Position numbers and translations under genes: made by a program
The notes under the pieces: generated by a model
Told to the model about the DNA's origin: nothing
The model's database searches: none
What the model saw: only the letters and a program-made list of their open reading frames with translations
Shown: positions 1 to 8,417 of the stretch, one piece after another
Layout: each line of letters opens with the position of its first letter
Numbering within the stretch: position 1 is the stretch's first letter
Virus record (IMG/VR): IMGVR_UViG_3300003375_000001
Coordinates: 128,001 to 192,000 of that record
Reading direction: 5' to 3' (one strand)
From: a virus
Taxonomy: Duplodnaviria > Caudoviricetes
DNA: 64,000 nucleotides

Positions 1-216
1 ATGGTATTCGACTACTTTGAGGCTGTGTTATCAAAGGGGTATGACAACGTGCCTAAGCTAGCGCCCTTTAAGGGGTACAGTGCGCGAGGCTCTTTATTTG
101 GCTCGGCGGCTAGTACCAGTAAGCAAAAAAGCATCTTTGACAGATATCATGCCATTCACGCAGTTTACGAAAAGTTTCATGGCGTGTCCTTAAAGACTGG
201 AAAGAAACTTGCATGA
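1..216 (+). CDS. 5'-truncated or small hypothetical protein
   Basis: ORF at the window edge; its stop overlaps the next ATG (ATGA). No recognisable motif. Confidence 0.5.
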   Translation: MVFDYFEAVLSKGYDNVPKLAPFKGYSARGSLFGSAASTSKQKSIFDRYHAIHAVYEKFHGVSLKTGKKLA

Positions 217-659
217 CCACTGACATAAGAATAAGGGGTAAGGCATACAAAGACGTAGGCGGTCTTGTATTCTTTCCTGACAAGCATAACAGGCAACTAT
301 GGGAAAGCGCCGGCTACTCAGTTTACCCCAGAATAGAATCTTGGATAACTGCTGGTTGCCCCGACAAGTCTGTTGTACATGACTACGCTGGGGTATTGGT
401 TGATACAAGCATACCCATTGTAGACTCTGTGTATAGACACGGTATATACCACAAGGTTCAGAACTTCGTCTACAAAGGGTTACCTGCAACAGTCTACTCC
501 ATTCGACCACTTGCTAAAGAGGCAAAGATGTACTCTAAGTTTGAAATGGAAATTCTTGACAATCACGGCGTCACCATGGTTGACGCAGAAGTATCCAAGG
601 CGTCTTCCGGTCATGGTAAGATGACACGGGGCGGTTCACACAGAAAGGCCAAGAAATGA
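213..659 (+). CDS. hypothetical protein (modification cluster)
   Basis: 148 aa ORF, translationally coupled on both sides. Confidence 0.6.
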   Translation: MTTDIRIRGKAYKDVGGLVFFPDKHNRQLWESAGYSVYPRIESWITAGCPDKSVVHDYAGVLVDTSIPIVDSVYRHGIYHKVQNFVYKGLPATVYSIRPLAKEAKMYSKFEMEILDNHGVTMVDAEVSKASSGHGKMTRGGSHRKAKK

Positions 660-1441
660 AAGTTTGCTTTGTCTTAAGAAATGCTCCCGATTGGCATGGC
701 CTGTCAAAATTATATGACAAGAACGGATACGTAGACCCTTCTTTATATCTTCCCCGTGACAAAGTCCCTTGTTTTCCTAAAAATGTTCCTCATTTTATAG
801 ACGTTTGGAACGACACCCTTCCTGTAAGTTACTTTAAGTTCAGGTCCGTCCTGTCCGACGTGTCTAGGGCCTATGTTAAGGCTACAGGCTGTCCTTCCTT
901 CTCTATAAGTTGCATACCCAACGACACAAATACGCTGGTTTACTTTCATGATGACGATGATCTTTTTTCATCAGAAATAACAGGCCTCACTCTACCTGAC
1001 GGTTATGACGTAACAGTAACGCCTCTCCTTCGTATAGACCCCAACAACTACTTCTTATTTTCGGCTGTACCTGTTACTTGTGGCATAGAGGTAAAGGCGA
1101 ATACCTATAGGTATAACACCAATAACTACGGAATACGGGCGTCCGTAATAGCGGATGCGCCAGGTCCTCGGGCCTACGAGGACCATATTAGAGCCTCTAC
1201 CTATGCTAAGACGGCTCTGTTAAAAGACAGTTGGTGTAACACAGTAGTTAGCGCAACCATCAAAACTCCAGCCAGCGCGTCTATCCTACCAAGAAGCTGT
1301 AAGTCACCAGAATCTCTTATAAAACAACTGTCTAAGTTTGACGTACTCTTAGGAAGTCTTTTGACTGAGCCTTTACATTCTAGCCTAGTCAAAAGTCTAA
1401 CCGAACTCCGAGTATTAACTTCGGATGCTCTTTCCAAGTAG
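656..1441 (+). CDS. putative GT-A fold glycosyltransferase
   Basis: Hydrophobic strand followed by an acidic DxD-type motif (LVYFHDDDDLF); sits in a sugar-modification operon. Confidence 0.5.
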   Translation: MKVCFVLRNAPDWHGLSKLYDKNGYVDPSLYLPRDKVPCFPKNVPHFIDVWNDTLPVSYFKFRSVLSDVSRAYVKATGCPSFSISCIPNDTNTLVYFHDDDDLFSSEITGLTLPDGYDVTVTPLLRIDPNNYFLFSAVPVTCGIEVKANTYRYNTNNYGIRASVIADAPGPRAYEDHIRASTYAKTALLKDSWCNTVVSATIKTPASASILPRSCKSPESLIKQLSKFDVLLGSLLTEPLHSSLVKSLTELRVLTSDALSK

Positions 1442-1447
1442 GTAACC

Positions 1448-2128
1448 ATGAAAAACATACTCATCCTGTCTATGCCTCGTACCCGTAGTACCTTGCTGTA
1501 TAAGGCTATATGTCAGAAAAATCCCGAGTACTACCGTTTCTACGAGCCAGGACTCGGGTATAACTGGGGTAAGTTACAGCCTAGAGAGGCTGCGGCTTTG
1601 AACGAAGCAGAAATGACGAACGTGGATAAGGCCCTAGCTTCGGGTAAGGGGACAATCGTTAAGCTCCTGCCCGCAGGTCCTTACTACCAGATATCACCAG
1701 GCCGTCTCCTAGAATGGAGTCAAGCATTCGACACCGTGTACGTCCTCAATCGGGACTTCAAGGACATTGCTAAGTCTTTTATCATAGCTAGCTCTACCAA
1801 TGTCTTTGTTGCCGATGAGGACAATCGAATAGCCCCTCGCACCACAGTGGCCTACAACCCCTTTGTTCATGAAAAGATTATATGGGAGCTGGCCTATGGC
1901 CGACAGAACCTCGACTACTGGGGAACAATTCTGACTGATAAACCACGCAACGGTAAGACCAAGTATGTAACGGAGATTGAGTATGACCATGTGTTACGCT
2001 ACATGGAGAGTCATGGTCTGAATACACAGGCTACCGAGGCTCAGACTGAGGTAAACTTTATAGACAGCGACGAGTTTACCTCACACGTTGCTTACGCCTC
2101 TAGGCTATACAACGAAAGCTTAGTATGA
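1448..2128 (+). CDS. PAPS-dependent sulfotransferase family protein
   Basis: N-terminal 5'-PSB loop ILILSMPRTRSTLL (cf. GxPRSGTT), downstream FYEP, and a 3'-PB-like VLNRDFKDIAKS segment. Confidence 0.75.
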   Translation: MKNILILSMPRTRSTLLYKAICQKNPEYYRFYEPGLGYNWGKLQPREAAALNEAEMTNVDKALASGKGTIVKLLPAGPYYQISPGRLLEWSQAFDTVYVLNRDFKDIAKSFIIASSTNVFVADEDNRIAPRTTVAYNPFVHEKIIWELAYGRQNLDYWGTILTDKPRNGKTKYVTEIEYDHVLRYMESHGLNTQATEAQTEVNFIDSDEFTSHVAYASRLYNESLV

Positions 2129-3219
2129 AACGAGTTCTATTCATAACGGCTACACCATTTACTCCGGCCAACCAAGGCAATTCTCAAAGAGCCTTGCAAA
2201 TGCTTGAGATATATAAGCAACTCGGTTACTCTGTTACCGTTCTATATCACGAAGCGGAAAGGCCCTTCGACTTTAACGATAGGGACGACACTAAGGACAC
2301 GGTAGACATTCTTAGAGTGGTTACTACAAATACAGACAAGTCCTCATTCCTTGATCCTATAACGCACCAGGCCAATCCGGATGACTGGTTTGACGGGTAT
2401 TTATTACTGAAGTCGGAAATCGAACTTCAAAGAAGCCTTTACCATTTTGACGTGGTGCACGTAAACTACGTTTGGTATTCTAAGGCGTTTGAATACTTTC
2501 CAAACTCCTTAAAGGTGATTGACACCCACGACGTGTTCTCCAATAGAGACAAGGTATTTACTAAAGCTGGACTGAAACCAGAATGGTTCTCTACTTCTAT
2601 AGACGCAGAGCGTGAGGCTCTTCTTAGAGCTGATATGGTGCTGGCTATATCTACGGAAGACGCACGCGAGTTTTTGTGTCTAGGTGTAGTACCTACCTAC
2701 CTGCCATACTACAGAGAGCCTTGCAGGAGAAAGCCAGAGGTAGGTTACATAGCAGCGGACAATGACTTTAATAGGCTCGCAGTTAGACACCTGTTGCTCT
2801 CTTTCTCGCAACTCACACACCGCAACTTTATTTTGAACATCGCAGGCTCTATCTGCAAGTATGCAGAGAGCCTACGGGTACTGGGTCTGGCTGACAATGA
2901 GGTTGTTTACTCCGGCTATGTGAAACACCTTGACGAGTTCTACTCTAGTATTGACCTTGCTGTTAATCCAGCTAAAGCAGGCACCGGTTTAAAGATAAAG
3001 ACCATAGAGGCTATGATGTATGGCGTGCCGGTTGTAACTACTAGCGCAGGTAGTACTTCAGCCTTAGATAATTGTCATTCCAGATCCGTTACTGTAGTTA
3101 AGGACACTGACGAACTAGTGAGAGCCTGCCAAAGCCGTTTCGAAATAGAGGGGATACGACCGTATGTGAACGACTACCTCAAGTCCCTTAGCTTTTTTCA
3201 AGCCCAACTAAAATCATGA
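2125..3219 (+). CDS. GT4 (GT-B) glycosyltransferase
   Basis: N-terminal TPFTPANQGNSQR, VIDTHDVFS, and C-terminal donor-binding motif GTGLKIKTIEAMMYGVPVVTT. Confidence 0.85.
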   Translation: MKRVLFITATPFTPANQGNSQRALQMLEIYKQLGYSVTVLYHEAERPFDFNDRDDTKDTVDILRVVTTNTDKSSFLDPITHQANPDDWFDGYLLLKSEIELQRSLYHFDVVHVNYVWYSKAFEYFPNSLKVIDTHDVFSNRDKVFTKAGLKPEWFSTSIDAEREALLRADMVLAISTEDAREFLCLGVVPTYLPYYREPCRRKPEVGYIAADNDFNRLAVRHLLLSFSQLTHRNFILNIAGSICKYAESLRVLGLADNEVVYSGYVKHLDEFYSSIDLAVNPAKAGTGLKIKTIEAMMYGVPVVTTSAGSTSALDNCHSRSVTVVKDTDELVRACQSRFEIEGIRPYVNDYLKSLSFFQAQLKS

Positions 3220-3920
3220 CCAAGACTATCAAAATCTACCAGATGGAGTCCACAAGTAAGTGCTCCGCTACGTGCTCCTTTTGTCCTCATCCTACTATGG
3301 AGAGAACGAAAGAGCATATGGACTTACACTTGTTCAAACGAGCTATCGATGTGATGGAGAACGACTATCTCGCTCTACATCACTTTGGTGAGCCTCTTCT
3401 GCACCCTAACCTACCAGACATGATATGGTATGCCAAAGAGAAAGGTAAACGTGTTGAATTCAGCACGAACGGGAAAGGTTTGAATAATCAGAAAGACGGC
3501 GACGACTACCTCCGTCGCGTTCTGGCTGCCGAACCTCATCGTATGCGTATTGCTTATGACTTCTTTCAACCGGATGAGTTTGTCAAAAAAGCTCTAACGC
3601 TTAACGTGTCAACCATTATTACTATGCACGCGGTAACGAAAGGCATACTCCTAGACTACAAGCCTCTCAACAACTGGGCTAATCAAATGCCTGAGCTTGG
3701 AGAGTCAGAGATAAAAGGTGAATGCTACTTCTTGAAGTACAACTACTACGCTGTAATGGCTAGTGGAAATGTAGTCCCCTGCTGCCAGGACTACGAAGGC
3801 AAACATGTGATTGGTCACATCGACGACTTGGATAACCTCAAGCCCCAAAAATCTTACACCCTGTGCAAAGGTTGCTCGGGCATGCAGTTTGCCAAGGACG
3901 GAGGCTGGGTTGCAGAATGA
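3216..3920 (+). CDS. radical SAM protein with SPASM/twitch domain
   Basis: CxxxCxxC (CSATCSFC), GEPLLHP, FSTNG, and C-terminal C...GNVVPCCQD...GHI...CKGC. Confidence 0.9.
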   Translation: MTKTIKIYQMESTSKCSATCSFCPHPTMERTKEHMDLHLFKRAIDVMENDYLALHHFGEPLLHPNLPDMIWYAKEKGKRVEFSTNGKGLNNQKDGDDYLRRVLAAEPHRMRIAYDFFQPDEFVKKALTLNVSTIITMHAVTKGILLDYKPLNNWANQMPELGESEIKGECYFLKYNYYAVMASGNVVPCCQDYEGKHVIGHIDDLDNLKPQKSYTLCKGCSGMQFAKDGGWVAE

Positions 3921-4636
3921 CTACAAAAACCTTTACCATAGTAGCACCTCACGTCGATGACGAGGTAATAGGATGCTATAGCCTTCTTGACGCTGGTCTA
4001 GTGTCTGAAGTAATATACCTGTATGAAGTAGACGAGGTGCGAAAGTCTGAGGCTCTTGCTTGCGCTAAGAGGTTCGGGTTTAAAGCTACCATAGCTGGCG
4101 TTGACTACCCCGAGTCGGAGTTACAGGCCTACTTAAGAAAAGACGTAGCGCGTAGTATAGTTTTGCCTTCAGCTTATGACAGCCATCCTGACCATAAGAA
4201 GGCGAATGCAAAGTTTAGGCCTATTGACGACTTTTCCTATACGTCTTACTACGGGGTGGACATGAGCACTCCTAATACTACGGTACTATCGGTTGAGACT
4301 CGTGACAAAAAGAGACATGACCTTTACACCCTCTTCCCCTCACAGGCCTCGTTGTTTAATAGCAGTGATAAGTATCATCTGTTCGAAGACATGAGGAACC
4401 ACGACTGCACTTTCTATAGAAATTATGGGTGGACTAATAGAAATAACACTAAGATCGTCCTGAGTAGCTTTGGTGAAAGGGGCTTCCCTCCTAGTCTCGA
4501 ATGGTGCTTCCATGCTATTGATAACGTTGGTGCTCACAACATAGAGCTAATAGCTGATCGTATCCGCTCCCTGTACCCTAAGCTAGGGGTTAAGGTGACT
4601 GTTAACGAGTCTCACTCTGTTAGTATACCTATCTAG
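3917..4636 (+). CDS. PIG-L/LmbE family N-acetyl sugar deacetylase
   Basis: APHVDDEVIG and HPDH metal-binding motifs. Start moved to ATG 3917 (ATGA overlap with the previous stop). Confidence 0.85.
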   Translation: MTTKTFTIVAPHVDDEVIGCYSLLDAGLVSEVIYLYEVDEVRKSEALACAKRFGFKATIAGVDYPESELQAYLRKDVARSIVLPSAYDSHPDHKKANAKFRPIDDFSYTSYYGVDMSTPNTTVLSVETRDKKRHDLYTLFPSQASLFNSSDKYHLFEDMRNHDCTFYRNYGWTNRNNTKIVLSSFGERGFPPSLEWCFHAIDNVGAHNIELIADRIRSLYPKLGVKVTVNESHSVSIPI

Positions 4637-4644
4637 GACACGTA

Positions 4645-4842
4645 ATGACTTTGAGCCAACAGCCCTCTGCGGAAGAATTACTGTCAATACTCTACCACTC
4701 GCTGCCAGACATTCTCCCTGCCGTTGTAGTAGACAGATTCAATAGAACAGGTGTCTGGGCTGAAGGCAGCCATTACGCTAAAAGAGGTTTTACCTCAAAG
4801 GTAGTATACCGACTTGACGATGATATTCACATAGTCCTGTAA
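4645..4842 (+). CDS. small hypothetical protein
   Basis: 65 aa ORF in operon context. Confidence 0.5.
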   Translation: MTLSQQPSAEELLSILYHSLPDILPAVVVDRFNRTGVWAEGSHYAKRGFTSKVVYRLDDDIHIVL

Positions 4843-4897
4843 GTCATGGATAGCGCAAACAAACTCTTCACACAGGCTAAGCCTAAGGAAACTCACC

Positions 4898-4975
4898 ATG
4901 AACCTAGTTAAACAGCCACTCCCCTTGTACCTTGTACCCTTGGAGCCTATAGCGTCTAAAATCTTGTACCGTTAG
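4898..4975 (+). pseudogene. orphaned 5' remnant of the downstream glycosyltransferase (MNLVKQPLPLYLVPLEPIAS-KILYR*)
   Basis: AAGGAA RBS and ATG at 4898; encodes LYLVPLEPIAS, matching LFLVTLEPIAS at the N-terminus of 5987..7147; stops soon after the repeat. Confidence 0.75.
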
Positions 4976-6040
4976 AACCTCTCATTTTTATTCAGGATAA
5001 ACTACACCTGACGAAAATGCCTAAAATCATATGGACTGACGAAAAGATTAAAACTGAATTTTACAGTGCTTGGAAAAATGCGTGTGTAATACTAAATAAG
5101 GGCACTAAGGGCAAGGCTTCCCGCTTAAAAATTAAGTGTACGCATCATGGTATATTTGAAAGCACTGTAACCAACGCTATTCGTAAAGGCTGCCCTCACT
5201 GCGCGGGCCTTACCAACTATTTATGGTCTGATGAAAGAAAACAAAAGGCCAGCCATAGACAAAAAGGTGAGCCTAAGCGTAAGGGGAGAAATAACCCCTT
5301 AACTCTTACTTTAGAAGAAGTTAAAAACAAGATAGTTAGTCTGCATGGTAATAGATACGACTTGTCTTTCATAAAAGACCCTTTCCCGCCTAATAACAAA
5401 TTTACCTTAGTATGTTCTACTCACGGTAAATTTGTCAAACATCGCACAGACATCCTGTATAACGCTAAAACAGGCTGTCCAAAATGTAAAGGTGGGAAGC
5501 TGTTAACGTCTATAGAGGTTAAGAAAAGGTTGAAGGCTACGCAGCCTAAATGGATAAGTTATTCAAAGCTAGAGTACAGTAGAGAAGGCTTTACCATAAC
5601 ATGCAAGCTCCACGGCGATAGCATAGTAAAGCCAAGTAGAATCTATTCTAAAGGCTACGTTTGCAAGCAGTGTAACGTTAAGAGAGTTAGAGACTTAAAG
5701 GTTGCAAGTGGTTTATACCTTGACCCGAAACTAAAATCAGCCTTTGCCGTATACAGGCAAGAAGTTAGAAGACTTTCCGATAAAACGTTTAAACTTCACT
5801 TCGATAAGGACACCCGGACTAAAGACGTTCACTTAGACCACGTATATTCTATAAGATCGGGATTTGACAATGAAGTCCCACCTGAGGTTATAGCTAGTTT
5901 ACCTAACCTTAGACTTCTGTCCAGAACAGATAACCAGAGTAAACGAGATAAGTGTGACATTTCACTAAAAACCTTGTATAAGTTATATGCAAAGACCAAA
6001 AACTAAACTTTTTCTAGTTACTCTTGAACCTATAGCGTCT
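4946..6040. repeat. 12-bp direct repeat CCTATAGCGTCT flanking the HNH cassette (4946-4957 and 6029-6040)
   Basis: Exact match read from the sequence; similarity extends upstream as mostly synonymous variation. Confidence 0.85.
5017..6006 (+). mobile_element. free-standing HNH homing endonuclease with repeated Cys/His zinc-binding modules
   Basis: Three C-x-x-H-G ... C-x-x-C modules (CTHHG/CPHC, CSTHG/CPKC, CKLHG/CKQC) and C-terminal HLDHVYS...NLRLLSRTDNQSK HNH core; AT- and Lys-rich; flanked by a direct repeat. Confidence 0.8.
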
Positions 6041-7147
6041 CGGTATACAGGTTCTTGGTACAAAAACTTTCCCCCAGCCTTTGAAGAGCTGGGGTTTGCC
6101 GTTACTGTGCTTGACGGTACGCCACTCACAGATACCATAAAAGTTGGTAGCTTTCTTGATATCAATTCCACGATAGCTTATAAGAACTCCCAAATGGGGA
6201 AGATAGCTGGCATGTTTCATAGAAAGGAAGTGCCTCAAGGCGCTCACTTCTATTTCATGGACATAGAATTCTGGGGAATTGAGTCGTTGCGCTTGATGGC
6301 TGACATGAACAACGTCAAGATTCATATATCCGGGTTCCTGCATGCGGCTTCTTACACAGTAGACGATGCGTTTTCTATTGCAGCTCCTTACCAGAGGTAT
6401 ACAGAGGTTGGCTGGATAGCGGCATTGGACTTGGTATTCGTTGGCTCGGAGTACCACAAGAGAGCACTAATAGACCGGCGTCTTACTCTACCAGGTCTAA
6501 GCGACTTGTCCAAGAAGGTAATCGTAACCGGCAACCCCTTGTTTCAATCTGATTATCCTGTTTATGGCTTGCCAAAGAAGAACCAGATAATACTGCCTAA
6601 TCGTATTGACTGGGGTAAGAGGCCTGACCTTAGTTTTGCTGTGGCTGCGTTGTTCAAGGCACAGAGACCTGATTGGAATGTAGTAGTAACAACAGGTAAA
6701 GAAACGTTGTCCAGTGATAAGCAATGGCTTAGTGACTATGCCTACTGGATGCAGAAGCTAGGAGTTCTTGAGATAAAAACCAACTGTACTAAGGAAGACT
6801 ACCATAAGACCTTAGCCGAAAGCAAGCTTATGATGTCATTCTCTATAGAGGAAAACTTCGGGTACTGTATAGCAGAAGCCATTATCTATAACGTACTGCC
6901 AATCCTTAGGTCAGGCTTGTCCCATGACGAATTTAGCCTTCCAGATGCCTGCTATTTTGATGACGAAGACGGAGCGTTAAAAACATTGTTGGCCCTTACG
7001 GATCTTAATAACTATAAGTATAAGCATAGAGTGACCATAGAGGATACCGTTAATACACTAAAGCACGGTAGCTGTAAGTATTTAGGCTACCCCGGTAACA
7101 ATACGTCTATACGGGAAATGGCTATTGAAATGAAGGCTCTGATATGA
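5987..7147 (+). CDS. phage GT-B fold glycosyltransferase
   Basis: LEPIASRYT N-terminus, GFLHAASY, ILPNRIDWGKRP and EENFGYCIAEA (GT4-like E-x7-E motif). Confidence 0.75.
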   Translation: MQRPKTKLFLVTLEPIASRYTGSWYKNFPPAFEELGFAVTVLDGTPLTDTIKVGSFLDINSTIAYKNSQMGKIAGMFHRKEVPQGAHFYFMDIEFWGIESLRLMADMNNVKIHISGFLHAASYTVDDAFSIAAPYQRYTEVGWIAALDLVFVGSEYHKRALIDRRLTLPGLSDLSKKVIVTGNPLFQSDYPVYGLPKKNQIILPNRIDWGKRPDLSFAVAALFKAQRPDWNVVVTTGKETLSSDKQWLSDYAYWMQKLGVLEIKTNCTKEDYHKTLAESKLMMSFSIEENFGYCIAEAIIYNVLPILRSGLSHDEFSLPDACYFDDEDGALKTLLALTDLNNYKYKHRVTIEDTVNTLKHGSCKYLGYPGNNTSIREMAIEMKALI

Positions 7148-7602
7148 GACAAGACCTTGTTGTGTTTGACATTGACGGCTGCGTTATTGACTCTGAACAT
7201 CGAGTTGATCTAATGCATCAAGGCAAGATAGATCAGTACCATGCAAAGTGGGTAGACGACAAACCTATTAAACAAGGTTTGGTTATTTACGATCTGATCA
7301 TGAAGACCAGTGACCTTAAGTGGGTGTTCGTAACCGGTCGCTTCGAATCGTGTAGAGAGTACACCCAAGCTCAACTGGAAGGTATGTTTGGTGAAGTTGT
7401 CAACTCGAAGAACCTTTTGATGCGGCCTGACGGAATGACCTCAAAGGTTAAAGAAGACGCGGAGCTGAAGCCATGGCTGCTTGAACGCGCCGGCTACTCG
7501 CTGGATAGAGTTTTTCTTGTGTTCGAAGACCGTAACAGCATGGTTAAGGCCTGGCGCAAACTAGGCAAAGTGGTCTATCAAACCGCAGAAGGGGATTTTT
7601 GA
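7144..7602 (+). CDS. HAD-family phosphatase (PseT/PNKP 3'-phosphatase-like)
   Basis: VFDIDG motif I, FVTGR motif II, LLMRP...K, and FEDR motif IV. Confidence 0.85.
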   Translation: MRQDLVVFDIDGCVIDSEHRVDLMHQGKIDQYHAKWVDDKPIKQGLVIYDLIMKTSDLKWVFVTGRFESCREYTQAQLEGMFGEVVNSKNLLMRPDGMTSKVKEDAELKPWLLERAGYSLDRVFLVFEDRNSMVKAWRKLGKVVYQTAEGDF

Positions 7603-8414
7603 TGACTATACCTATCGTCGTGCAGAATGCCGACATCAATTTGACCAAGAACTTCTTTAAGAACTTCAAAGAAGATGAGCTAGCTGTTCACGGTACATTT
7701 TACACAGTACAAGGTGAGGGGCCCTTAGCAGGTATTCCTGCCTGGTTCATTAGGCTGGCCGGTTGCAACTTCGGTGCCAAGGACATAGCTTGCAGTTTTT
7801 GCGATACGGCTTTTAGTGTTATGAAGTCTAAGGTAAGGACCATTCACGATCTGTGCAATGAGTTTTATTCCCTTTGCTACGGCTTAGGCTTTGTCCCAGT
7901 AGTGGTTATAACTGGAGGTGAACCCCTGCTCCAAGATAACGTAGAAGGGCTGGTTAGCGCCTTGCTGACTAAGACCAGTCTTTACTATGTGCCTAATACC
8001 AAGGTTCAGATAGAGACAAATGGTACACAGATACCCGTTGTTAAAAGGCTACTAAGAGACTGGGAAGACGAAGAAAATTTCGCTTTGGTAATAAGTCCAA
8101 AGACTGTTAAAGGTAGCTATGGGTTAGAAAAAGACTACGGGTATAAGACTGGATACTACTATAAGTTTGTAGTGTCCGCTGACCCTAACAACCCACATCA
8201 TGAGGTACCCAAATGGGCAGACAACATTATCACGTACGTTTCTCCTATGACAGTGTATAAAAAAGCGTACGAAGGTGAAGTGTCGAGCGTTTGGGACGGT
8301 GACCTCATAGACAGAGAAGCCACTAAAGCCAACTATGAATACGCGGCTAAGCTGGCTATGAAATACGGCTATAGGGTGTCTGTTCAAATGCACACCTTTC
8401 TTAATATCGCATAG
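7599..8414 (+). CDS. queE: 7-carboxy-7-deazaguanine synthase QueE
   Basis: FYTVQGEG...FIRLAGCN...CSFCDT, VITGGEP, IETNG, SPK, and YRVSVQMH. Confidence 0.92.
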   Translation: MMTIPIVVQNADINLTKNFFKNFKEDELAVHGTFYTVQGEGPLAGIPAWFIRLAGCNFGAKDIACSFCDTAFSVMKSKVRTIHDLCNEFYSLCYGLGFVPVVVITGGEPLLQDNVEGLVSALLTKTSLYYVPNTKVQIETNGTQIPVVKRLLRDWEDEENFALVISPKTVKGSYGLEKDYGYKTGYYYKFVVSADPNNPHHEVPKWADNIITYVSPMTVYKKAYEGEVSSVWDGDLIDREATKANYEYAAKLAMKYGYRVSVQMHTFLNIA

Positions 8415-8417
8415 ATC

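Noticed and set aside
1-216. C-terminus of DpdA/TGT
   Set aside because: Plausible from context, but no motif is visible in 71 residues. No QueD, QueC or DpdA was recognised anywhere in the window.
4958-6040. Group I intron interrupting the glycosyltransferase
   Set aside because: The HNH ORF fills nearly the whole interval, leaving no room for a ribozyme core. The base before the putative 3' exon is T, not G, and the downstream gene has its own duplicated start.
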